Positions 21,801-33,300 of a stretch of DNA of 52,672 nucleotides are shown piece after piece; position 1 is the first letter of the stretch, and each line of letters opens with the position of its first letter. Under the pieces are notes generated by a model. That model made no database searches. It was not told the origin of the DNA and saw only the letters and a list, made by a program, of their open reading frames with translations. Source of the stretch: Spirogloea muscicola (lineage: Eukaryota); the NCBI GenBank assembly GCA_009602725.1, contig WELB01000014.1, positions 460,893 to 513,564 of the forward strand, written 5' to 3'. The position numbers and the translations under genes were made by a program.

Positions 21801-23312
21801 TTTTTGCTGACACGGGAGTGCTAAGTAAGAGCGCCCTGTCCCCCGTCTGCGCGCCCCCGTCAGCCACAGCGGACTGCTGCTTCTCCACGTGCTCTGCAGC
21901 AGCTCCTCAACAGCAGGTCCCTGATCACCATGCCACGCACTCGATCTTCTTCCCGTGTCGAGCCTTTCCTTGCATCTGGCAGAGTAGGCTTGCCACGGAC
22001 GTCGTAGACAAGGACTGAAGATGCTGTCCTGAAAAGAGCATGTTAGAATCCTCTCAGAACAAAACAGATTTGAAGTTTTGCCACTGCTACCGGTTTGGCT
22101 CCCGCAGAATCCGCGAAGTCACACATGCATGTGTCAATGTATGCCTTGGCAACTAGTCAAATCGAACGCACATGAGCCGCTCTCGGTGCTTGTTTCTTAG
22201 CCTGCACCCGTGAGGTGAGGCCGCTGTCCAGGAGATGCTCCTAGCAGCTACAGGTCAATAGTGTCCTCACCTCCACACACGCGCCCCACATCGATTAGCC
22301 GCTGTCCTACACTTTGATGTTGAGCAGCCTCAGATCGACTATTTGTCCTTAAGCTACATGTACACATCACACTTGGCCCCAGTGTAGCTGAGTGTAGTTC
22401 CACGTAAATCAATTACCCCAGGTAAATTGTGCAGTGGAGTAATTTCAGGCAGCATCAGCAAATGTCAGCGATGATGTACGTCCAGCAAAGGCGCCTCCCC
22501 TTTCATCTAGCTTCTCAGTCTTCTCAGCCTGGGCAATGCACTGCATCTGCATGAGTTACATGCGTACCAGGAAGAGGACTACCTCAGCCAATTGCCTTGT
22601 CATGCATATCTCCAACATACTCCCTGAAGCCTTTCAAGATGATGTTACCATCCGATGGCAGTCGTACATTCAGCAAATAACAGAATGCCCCTCCAAATGA
22701 CCAGATCCTAAATACTGCTGCAACATTCTAGGGAGGTGTGGATGTTATTGAAAACAAATAGGAAGATGTTGCTTATTGGGGGGGGGGGGTCGCAGGAAGG
22801 GAGGGGTGGGGTGTAAGGGTTGGATCCCCAAATGCTGCTCGAATTGGCAGGGTATGGTTGTATGCTATGATTTGCCAGAAGGACTTGCGTACTTCACTAG
22901 GATCTGTCTGACAAAATACTTAATGTGAGCCGAAAGAGTGACATCTTGAACGAGCCCAAAAAGTAGTACATAAATTATCTGAAGTTGGTATAGTACATCA
23001 TTCACCAGCTTGTAGCCAAGGCGGTGTAAATGGATTACATCCATAGCATGGGCTTGCAATCTAAATGCACTCCCAGAATTAAACACCACCATATGCTGTG
23101 AAGCTGATCATGACTGCCAGGTTGCCATGGCATACACAGGACATAAGAGTATGGTGGTCCTTGAGACTAGATGCCGCGACTTGCAGCAATTAGCAGGCTG
23201 TGAGTTTCCTCCTGGACACTCTGATGAGTGCAGAGAAGAGCTTGCGTGTCACTTGGGACTGCATCTAAGTGCGACGAGCACAGGCAGGGGAACTATATTA
23301 AGTTGAGGTAGC

Positions 23313-26300
23313 CTAATGAGCTGGTATTTTGTCCTCCTCTGCCATCTCCTTCTGAGCAGGAGCTTCCTTGCCGGAGAAGTGATAGTAGGCCAGGAAGGCC
23401 CAGTCCCAGAGATGAAGCACGATGTACGTGCCAATGCCAGCAATGACGCCTGCAGCCAACCAACATCAACAACACAAGTGGCTGAGAATCAGCTAATACT
23501 TTGCATTCATGGCTGGACACTGCCACTGCATTTTCTTTACAAAAGTACACACTCAGAGAGAGTTACATATTTCAGAGTCCCCCAGAAGTCCTACATTGAT
23601 GTGCAGGTGAACTTACCATAAGCAATAGAGTAGGTCAACGGCATGATGAGGATAGTGCAGAAAGCTGGGATGGCCTCCTTCATGTCAAACCTGGTAGTGC
23701 ACAATGAGAAAAGGTTAGTGAAACAAGTAGAAGCTCCTCGTAGGTCACAGCAATAATTGCTGCGCATTATCAAAATTTTGCGAAATTGGCAGGTATTGGA
23801 AACCCATGCTACAAGCCAGGACTTACCAATTGATCTCTGCGACATTCTTCATCATGAGTGCGCCCACAAGGAAGAGCACTGGTCCTGTGGCCCAGGGGGG
23901 GATGGCCTGGAGAAGTGGCGTAAAGAAGAGGGACAAGAAGAAATAGAATGCCACAAAGAGTGCTGTCATGCCTGTGCGGCCTCCTTCCTTGATGCCCGTG
24001 GCGGACTCAATGAACGTGGTCACTGGGGACGAGCCCAACGTGGATCCCACAACAATGGCAGCACCATCACTCATGAAAGCATAGTACTGGCCCTCGAAGT
24101 TGCCATCAGCATCCACTGCACAGGGTTTACCCATTTCGAGGTCAGTGATACTCACATGCATCCACATTCTGCAGGCTCTCATCAAAGATCCATCCCCGAG
24201 GATATGTATGTCACGCAGTATGTAACCGCCAAGTGTATTGTGCTTATGAATAGCAGTTCGGAATGGGGTGTAGGTACTCACTCAGTCCTGAGAACTTTGC
24301 CATCGAATAAAGTGTTCCGGTTGTGTCCATCAGGTCAACATAAAGGAAGGTAATAAGAGCCACCCAAAGATTGCCATCGCCAAAGTTGGAGAAGCTCAGT
24401 GCACCGGCAGTCTTCTTGATCGTGTGGAAGTCCACTCCCTGCAAGGAGACCACAAAGTTTGTCAAGGTGTCATTCACACATAGTCCATGCTTCTATGTAA
24501 TAACTCTACGACTTGCATGTATTGGCTGCTGAGTTGATTGTAAAAAGCCTCAATTCATCGCTGTCTGCAGAGCCATATTGATGCACTTGCAATGGTGGCA
24601 CTGCCAGCTCACCTTTTTCCAGTAGTCGTAAATGTACTCTCCCTGTGAGTCAGTCGTGAAGTAGGTGACCTGGGTGCCGCGGAACCAAGAGACTCCGGTC
24701 ACAAAAACAATGCCATAAATCATGGCACCCTTGATGTTCTTGACCAATGCATAGGCCACAATGACGAAACCAGCCACCCTGCATCGACATACACACAATC
24801 ACGTTAGCACTCAGCTCCTATCACTGGCATCTTGACCATCCCTACGGGTAAGCGGAAGGACAGAAAAGACAATGGGGCTGCCATCACAGGAACTCATGCA
24901 CAGTTCTAGCTTGGCCACTCACGCAAGCCAGAAGGTGGCGCTTTCCATCTTGTGATTCTTGCAGGAGTAGACATTTGAAACAGGGCCGGTAACTTGGAAT
25001 ACTCCGGTGGAGTCTGCATCAACAGGGGCCCAGTATTGGCGATGCACTGGGGAGCAAGCTCCTAGTGTGACCAGCGTGGCCGACTCGAAGGTCACCATGC
25101 CACCTCCTTCGCCGGACTGAAGCCCGATGAATGCAAGGAACGATCCAATGCCTGCATCATGCAGAAGTGTGTGGAGAGCATCAGCAGTCTACCTGCCGGC
25201 CACGATCATAAGGCCACAATCAACATCTATGCCGAGCTCAAGAAGACATACTTGAGAAACACCAGCATGAAGAACAACAACGTAGGCAGATGCTGTGATA
25301 TGGTAGAAACAGCCAACTTCAGTGCAAAACAATACCAGCGGCAGTGGCGATTCGGACAGGCTTAGGAATGAGCTTCGCTAGTCTGGTGCGCAGTCCAAGG
25401 GCAGCAATAAGTAGGAAAATCCAACCCTCCACAAAGACTGCAGCGAGGGCCTGCCAGATGAGGGACACAGGAGCAGCTTGAGCATGACCAGCTCCAAATG
25501 CAGCCCACATGATGCAAATCTACTTGTATATCTGGCAGCTTTGTTGACCTTCTGTCATTCTCAATGCAGCCCACCAAGATGCACGTGAAGTCGACTGCAT
25601 GCATAATATACGCACCTCCTTGTAAGTAATCTGTCCGGAACCATGGAAGCCCACAACCGTGTATGCGAAGTAGGCATTGGTACCCATGCCAGGGGCCAAC
25701 GCAAGGGGTAGATTTGCCAGGCCACCCATGATCAAGCAGCCAATCATGGCTGATGCAGCAGTCGCAATAATGAGGTCCTTCTTTACTACATTCAGGCATG
25801 TCTGGTAGCCTGGGTTGACTGCCAAATATGAATCCAACATCAGCGAGTTAGACAACAATTGAAGTTCGACTCTGTTCGTAAATATACCGCAGTCTGTAAA
25901 AAAAATGGAGGGGGGGAACTGCGATGATGCAAGTGCTGCGCGACCAGTCAAGGTAACAGCATTCAGACAAAAACTACTGAGGAACAGTAGTATATTGTGC
26001 TTTCCCCACGACACCAGCCTATTCAGCACGTGCATCAATGCTTGCTGCTTCCAAATGCTTGCTGCTGCCAAAGGGCAGCAGTAGTGTTGAATCCAGGGCC
26101 TCACTTGGGTCAAAGACACATCCACCATTGGGTGGCACAGGTGCAATCAGAGTGCCATTGGCCGAAGAGCCCGTGCACATTGCAAGGTTGGTGATGGATG
26201 GGTCGCTGCATTGAGTGGGTATGCAGTCGTTGATGGAGCAGGGCCCGCCAGAGTCCGTAAGAATGGACGCATTGACAGCGAGGATGTATGCCATGGTCAG

Positions 26301-26738
26301 GAACGTGGCAGTGCCCGCACGCCACTCGGTCGTTAGGCACGTGCCCCGCTGCTCCAACTTGAAGTACCGCCCGACCTGAGTGTCGAGGCGGAAGTTAACG
26401 AGCTTGCGGTCAGAAGATCGAGGTCCAATAGAAGTGCGTACTGCTGCAGCTTGGGGCTTATGCACGGAGGAGCCTGAGGCAGAGCCCAAGAGCAAACAGA
26501 TACGCAGGTGCCACTCGACGCACGCTTTCAAGAAAGGGCCCGGCAGTGAGATGTGGCAAAGGCGGGGCTCTGGAGCTCTGCGAGGCGGACGATGGAGCCG
26601 CGAGGCTGCTGAGGCGGAGGTGAGGTGCCTCACAATGGAGCGGTTGACGGAGGCATTGATGTTGTGCACGACGCGCCCGAGGCCGGTGTAGTGCTTCTCC
26701 GCCTTCACCGGGAGCACGTCACCGGGAGCGGCAGCCAT
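23313..26738 (-). CDS. AZG1: Adenine/guanine permease, AZG1-like (AzgA/NCS2 family)
   Basis: Motifs: [46 protein letters not shown], the AZG1-type Cys-rich loop, [63 protein letters not shown] and [19 protein letters not shown]. Stop TAG at 23313-23315. Confidence 0.93.
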
Positions 26739-27623
26739 GGTGGCCCGGCGGCGGCCCGCGCGGCGCTCTCGCCGGCGGCGGCTGGCTGGCGGCGGGACCT
26801 CGCCGGCGGCGGCTGCGGCGGCGGCGGCGGCGACGGCCGAGTTGAGGGGCCGGTTGATTGGGGGGAGAGGGGGAGGTGGAATGGAGGCGGTTCTACGAGG
26901 CCCCGGGATTTGCACCCCCCCCCCCCCCCCGGGGATCGATTTGACGACAAGCGGGGGGCTGGGATTCGTGGCGCCTGTCGAGTCGTATCCGCCGTGGACC
27001 CCAGCTAGGCACTGCCTGCTGCTGGTCAAATGCGGCCCGGGGTCACCCCCTGGGGAGGGGTGTTGACCACGTGGTCCCCATGTGGCTGGGCGACGTCCAA
27101 TCTCCCGACCATGTGGCTCCCGGCCCGGCGGCTGCTCGGGGAGGGCGCTGGGGGGATGCGGGGGGGCTTCTGGCTTCGGCCCTTGTTCCAGTGTGACATA
27201 CGCTGCCAGGAAAGACACAAACATGGGCCGGACTTGACATCCCAAGCAGCTCCGAGCCGCTTCCCCCCGGCCGAGGGGCGGCCGCCCAGCCGCGCCGCCC
27301 AGCGGGGGCCCCGCCCGATCTTTTCTGCGCCGGATCGCGGACGTTCGGGCAGGTGAAAGGTTTTCCGAGACTGCAGGGCGGGCAGCCCGGCGATGGGGCA
27401 GACGGAAAGCCCGCCGCGTCGCGCCACCGCAGCTGACGCTCGCCGCGCATCGGATCCCCCCCCGGAACGCCGCCGCCGGCGCCCGACGCCTCGGTCCCCC
27501 GCGGCGCCGGGAAGCGTCGGGGAGGTCGTCGGGGGCAGGGTTACGCTGGGGCCCGACCCCGCCGGCTGTCGTGCAGACGGCGCAGGCACTCAGTGAGAAA
27601 GTAAGCTCTTCCAGAGAAGAAGC

Positions 27624-27790
27624 TTAGCAGGGGTTACTGAGTGATTCGTAGCAGCTATGCTTCGTTTTGTGCTTGCTTTCCTTAGCGAAGAAATGAGCTT
27701 CTTCCACAAGATTTAGCGAGCTCGTACCAAAGGGGGTGGGGGCTGTGAATGGCCAGCCCAGAAAGAATGGACAAGGCGCGCAGTGCGCTT
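27624..27790. repeat. Retroelement ORF-end and 3'-UTR fragments in mixed orientation
   Basis: ttagcaggggttactgagtga matches 21191-21211. ggccagcccagaaagaatggacaagg is the reverse of the family UTR motif. Confidence 0.65.
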
Positions 27791-28259
27791 GAAAGGCAAG
27801 GGAGGCCAAAGCAAGCCTGCACATGTTGTTGAGATAGGACAGGAAATTCGAAGAGTGGTAAACGTGACCGACGAAAAACACAACTGCAAGGTGGACCTTT
27901 TATCGAAGGAAGACTCCAGTACCCGCGAGTGAGCACGAATCTGCCAGACAGATCTGGGCCGCCGTTCCGCAAGCGGGTGGCCTATCTCAGTTGTGAATCT
28001 TCAAGAAGCCCTATCCCGAAGAAGTACTTGTAACTTGCGAAGGGGGCGAGGTCTGCAGAATAAAAAATTTGCGAAGGCCAGCCCACAAGGGCTCCGTTTG
28101 TGAGTGCCCAACTGTTCCGGTAAAATTGCATTACCTTATACCAAAACGGTACTGGTAAGAGCACTGCACCGTATGTGTAGCATTAAGTACAGTCCGAGGC
28201 CCCGGGTCTCGTGCTTGGCGCGCACCGCCCAGGCGGGTTGGCTCGGTGTTCTAGCCCCC

Positions 28260-28720
28260 TGGGTCCAAATTTCCGTATCGCACGAAGCAGCAGGTGCTGC
28301 TTCGAGCCAGCGCGCTAGCCTCTTGGACTGGTCTGGAGAAATAGCTCGTTCGAGGCAAGCCAATGGCTTGAGTCTTTCAATGTCCCTCCAGTCCAGCGGT
28401 CCATGGCCCACGCCTTGCATCTGCGCTCTGGCCGTGCTCTCGCTGCAGCCTCTGGCTTTCGTCAGGGGATTGTTATTCCGGCAGCTAGTCTGTCAGATTT
28501 GAGGCTCCTCACTCGTAGCTACTGATGAGCGGTCCATCCTACGCCCGTGACAGCGCTTTTAGGCTCCCTCCATCATTTGGCCCCTTCAAAACTTTGTCAA
28601 TTCTTTCTGTGCTTTTCACAGCCCTTGGGCGAGCACGTCTTTTGACAGCCCTTGCCCCCATTGGGAGAGCCACTTTCTTTCCTTAAGTGGCCAGCCAAAA
28701 GGGAATGTACAAGGCACGAA
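28260..28720 (+). mobile_element. Decayed 3' end of the non-LTR retroelement family (C-terminus plus UTR)
   Basis: 28391-28525 reads VQRSMAHALHLRSGRALAAASGFRQGIVIPAASLSDLRLLTRSY*, homologous to 8253-8417. It is followed by UTR-like motifs. Confidence 0.65.
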
Positions 28721-28798
28721 CTAGCAGGCGCTGCTTTGTGCCGCGCGCTCAGCCTCCTGGAATTGTCGTATCCACATCGTCAGGCCCGGCCCGCCCCN

Positions 28799-29715
28799 TG
28801 CTCCTGCAGCTTGCTCCGCAGCTGCTCGTCCACGAAGGCCGGAGAGCCCAAGGGAACCCCGAGGAGTGGGAGGCCCCCCGCTGGTGTCTGACAGCTGGAG
28901 GGTAGGCGGAGGGAGGCTGGCAACCCTTGTGGGGACCAAGCGCTGCACTTCGACGCGCGGATGTCCAGGCCGATCTCCGCCAGCTGCGCCTCGAGGGTGG
29001 CAAAGGCAGCCAAGACCTCGTCCGCGGGCCCGACTAGGGTGGTGTCCTCGGCATATGTGGGCAGGAGGACGCCCGGGTGAGCAGCTGCCTTGGCCTTCAA
29101 GGCGCGGTCGTGGGCCAACGCGTAGAAGAACCCCGCCAGCGGGTCCCCCTGACGCGTGCCTGTGGAGGACTGAAGGACCTCCACCCCTCCGGCGCCAAGC
29201 CGCCATATGAGATCACTGGGCTGGCTGTAGCCCAGCCGGAAGAACGGCAGCAGGGTGGGGAAGGCGTCACGGAGCTCCTCGGTGACAGCTGCGCGGTCGA
29301 CGCAGTTGAAAGCATTGCGGACGTCCACTGCCAACACCACCCACTCGGGGTGCAAGTCGAGGGAGGCCCGCACCCCATGGACCACTGCTTCGCCGCCGCT
29401 CCGCAGGCCTGCGCCATACTGGTGGGGGGCCAGATGTGTCTGGGCTCACTCTGGCAACAGCGGCGTGCTGTTGCCAGAGTGCCCGGCCCACCAGGCGGTA
29501 CAGAACCTCGCCGATGGCGATGGGGCGGACGCCACCATTGGCCTTGCTGAGGGCTAGCAGGGTGCTGGCGCAGAGCACACTGCGGATGCTGGCAGGGATG
29601 TGACCCCGGGCCATGTGTTGGCACACCTGGTGCAGCGCCCGAAAGTCCGCCTCGTCCCCCTCGAGGAAGAGCTCCCTCAGATGCTCCGTGACCATGCGCG
29701 AGGGGCCGCTGGAGA
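28799..29715 (-). mobile_element. Non-LTR retrotransposon reverse transcriptase fragment (CRE-like), inactivated
   Basis: Motifs: SSGPSRMVTEHL, GGVRPIAIGEVLYRLVGR, QYGAGLRSGGEAVVHGVR, AVDVRNAFNCVDR, SSTGTRQGDPLAGFFYALA, YAED (expected YxDD), GLDIRASKC, LLGVPLGS. Frameshift near 29450; truncated at the n at 28798. Confidence 0.88.
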
Positions 29716-30355
29716 ATCACAGCCATCTCTCTTTTCCTTCCCCCGCCCTTTGGAAATGGAATTCGTGTATTTGACACAAACGAAGGCCAAATTCTGGAAA
29801 GGCCTTTCTCTCAAGATGAGGGGGGAGCCTGGCATTGGGAAGCCCGGGAAAAAGGAAGTAAAGAGGGTGAACGAGAGACGTCTCTTTCCAGTGAATGCGG
29901 CCGCTGATACTGAAGAATCGGCTGTAAATTGCCAGCCAGATGCATACAGGTGTTCATGACGGAGCCAAAGACTTCTCTTTCCAGTGGAGGGAAGCCTCCC
30001 GGCGAGATGCCGCCCAGCTCCGAGGACCACGGCGTGACCGGCTGCCTGCCGTGCACCGCGCCTGGCGGCCAGCTTCCGCCATCCCCCCCCCGAGATTTTA
30101 TCCCATGTTCTCCATACACGCAACTATCCCCCCCAGCTGCAGCTGCAGCTGCAGCCACCCGCGGTTGCTGGCTCCCCTCGGCCTCCCTCTGCGCTCCGCT
30201 GATATAGTCATATTAACCCCCTCTGTAAATACCTGGCCGCTCTTCTAATGTCAGCAGCTGCATTCCTTCCTTCACTCCTGCGCATCCCGCCAGCGAAATC
30301 CCACGACCCACCCCCCCTCTCCGCCACTCCGAGGCTGCCGCCTGCAGGAGGCCCC

Positions 30356-33300
30356 ATGGCCTCTATACGGCCGCCGCCGCGGGCAGCGTCTGCTGCTTGT
30401 TCGCCCTTGCGGCTCGTCGCCCTCGTTGTGCTCTCTCTCCATGGGGCTCTGGCAGGTCCGCTGGCCGCCCCCGCCCATGGACCATCGCTCTGCAGCACTG
30501 GCTCTGTCTGCTGGATTGTTGTTGGAGCATGTTTTTGTGACTATTCGGCTGCTTCAGCAGTGCTTGTTCCACAAGCCTTGTGGCGACAATGTCACGAAAA
30601 TAGCACGATCGCGTCCCACACGCCCGGCCTTCACGGACTGTTCAAGTCCAAGACACCAGCGGCAGTGCTAGACACACATTGCTTTGCAGCTGCAACTTGG
30701 CCATGCGTAGACTCTCTCCTCTTCAAGCTGGCACCGTCTGCTGCTGGCACTGTCTGCTGCTCATGTCTTTCAGGTCCTGAACGTGCCATGCTGGATGCCG
30801 AGGAAAGGCCGTCTACAGTGAAGTAAGAAAGTGTTCTTGGTTTCCTCTGCTTTTGCATAGCACGCTGCCTGCCTTGGTCTCACTTGCATCAGTCACCCAA
30901 GGACTAGAGCGTGGACCTCTATAGCAGGGTTGATGTTGCATGATCCTCACAGCCTTTTCGTCTGAGCAGCATGAAATCACACCCGTGACATGTACATGGC
31001 AGGTTGAGCCTTACTCACATCGATGCACCTCATTCCCCATTCCGGAGAGACTGGCCCAGCCAGGAGCACGCATCCAGGTTTCAGTACTACAGCGACAAGG
31101 TAAGCAAATATCAAGTGGCATGTGGTACACTGATGCTGTACATCTATGTCATCCTACAAGTACATTGGCACCCCTGTCCATGTGCAGCTGATTCCAGGGA
31201 AAAATCTCAGGCCTTGCAGTCTAAGGAATTGTTGTGCTTTACTGACATGATTGTACGTGATTATATTACTTGCTGCCCGCTCTCAAGGATGTGTGAGGTG
31301 GCAGCTTGTCAATTGTCTCATGAAATGCTGTAGAGTTTGTTGCGATGCATCCCCAATGGATGCAACATCTGAAGCACTTGCTTATGGGCTACTGCACGAC
31401 CTGCAGGCAAGGTCGGAGAGATTGTATCACCTCATAATTGGCAAAGAACCAAAGCAACATCCAGGAAAGACAACTCCTCCTTTGACGCGGCCAAAATTTG
31501 TGTCAGGGCCACACAACAATACGTTCACAAGATCATCCCATGAGGCTGCGCTCCAAGTTGTTGAGGAAGCTTTCAACACAACAGTCCACTCAGGATACCC
31601 AGTTGGCCTTCCCAATTACATCGCAGAGATCAGCATTGGCGACCCAGCGCAACCACAATACCTTATTGCAGACACCGGCAGCGATCTGCTGTGGGCTCAG
31701 GTTGCATCAGCGTGTCGATTCTAGCAGCAGGCTTACCTGATCATGAGCATTGCTTCTCACCCATGCATGGACACTTGAGATGGGAAGATACATCTCAAAA
31801 CACCAATCACACGCGTGACATATCTGTATAGGAATCACACTGAAGAACCTCAATGCAATTGGTGAGGATGTGCAAGGGGCTCACTGACTCTGGACTCGTT
31901 TGCTGCCGCAGTGCTTGCCCTGCACCAACTGCTATGAGCAAATTGGACCCATCTTCGATCCCACTCAGTCATCGACCTTCTCTGTCCTCAATTGCAGTAC
32001 TCTTTCTTGCTTGCTCACTAAGCACAGAAACTCAAAATGGGTACGAGCAGTGCTACGAATCAGGAGGCCAGAGTGACTGCGAATACACCTATAGGTACAC
32101 GTCTGTTGAATTGGCAAGACTGTGTCGTGTGGATAATTTGCAGTACTAGCAGCAAGGCACAAACTCGCCTCACTCTACCTTTGTAGTCATGCTATAGCAC
32201 ATGAGAGGCGAAGATCAATTGTTTTTCTGTACGATGAGCTTTATCACATGTGCTAAAGCATGCACCTCAAGAATATGCAGCTATGGAGATGCGTCCCACA
32301 CTTCGGGTCAACTGGCAACTGAGACGGTTTGGTTAAGCAAGACCAGTGGCAGTCCTTTTGGGCTCTTGGAAACTGCCTTTGGTTGCGGTCACGACAATGG
32401 AGGTACTTTGCGCGTTGCAGGGGGCCTCATTGGCCTTGGACGGGGACCATTATCCTTTGTTCAACAGGTATATCTCAGCAAGGCCCAGTATGGAGTATTG
32501 CCAAGTGCAGACAGACGTTGTTTCGTACAGAAGGCCTTCTGATGTGGTACACGTGCATACCTGTAGAACACAAAAGCTTGAAATCTCTCACCACAAATAC
32601 GTTCCAAATCTATCATCAGACTCACAGCAACCCTCGCCACCTTCTGTAGGCTGTGGGGTATGCAATGCTTGATTGTTCATGTAGACGGAGATACTTCAAG
32701 TGGCTGTCTGTTCTTGACCGATACTGTTTGACATGTGATCTACTCTATTGCAGCTGGGACAAAACTACGACCAGGTGTTCACACTGTGCCTGCAGAGCTG
32801 GTATGCACCTTTCCTGCCTGGGAGCGAGTTGGAGTTTGGGTCCGCTGGAGTACCAATTGCAGACATTACATACACCCCGCTCCTCAGCAATCCCCAATCA
32901 GATGAAAGCCAGGGGTACACCACCTTCTACAACGTGCAGGTCAATGAGATTCTCTTTGGAACAACCTCACTCAGCATTCCTGCGGCTGCTTTTAGCTTCG
33001 ACGACAATGGTGGAGGAGGGACATTATTTGATTCTGGGACAACCTTAATATTGCGAGTAAAGCAGCTGCTTGCCTGTTTTTATGCCGTGCTTGAAGTAAC
33101 ACATTTTCAACCTTTGCCATCGTCCTCATGAGCATGTCGAACATGCTGCCCATGGCGAGCTGACACAAACTGTCTCAGGCTGGTGAGTGCTGCGTACGAG
33201 CCAGTTCTTGACTACCTGAGTGCTAACGTGCCTCTGCCAATGTAAGAGGAGACTAATCACTACTGCAATCTAGCGCTGTGCTGTGCATCGTGTCTTGTCA

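Noticed and set aside
22778..22821. G-run cluster (possible G-quadruplex) downstream of AZG1
   Set aside because: Simple low-complexity tract with no evidence of function.
4165..26738. Stress/redox gene cluster (ALDH3, DEG5, catalase, AZG1)
   Set aside because: No shared pathway; adjacency is expected in a gene-dense genome without co-expression or synteny data.
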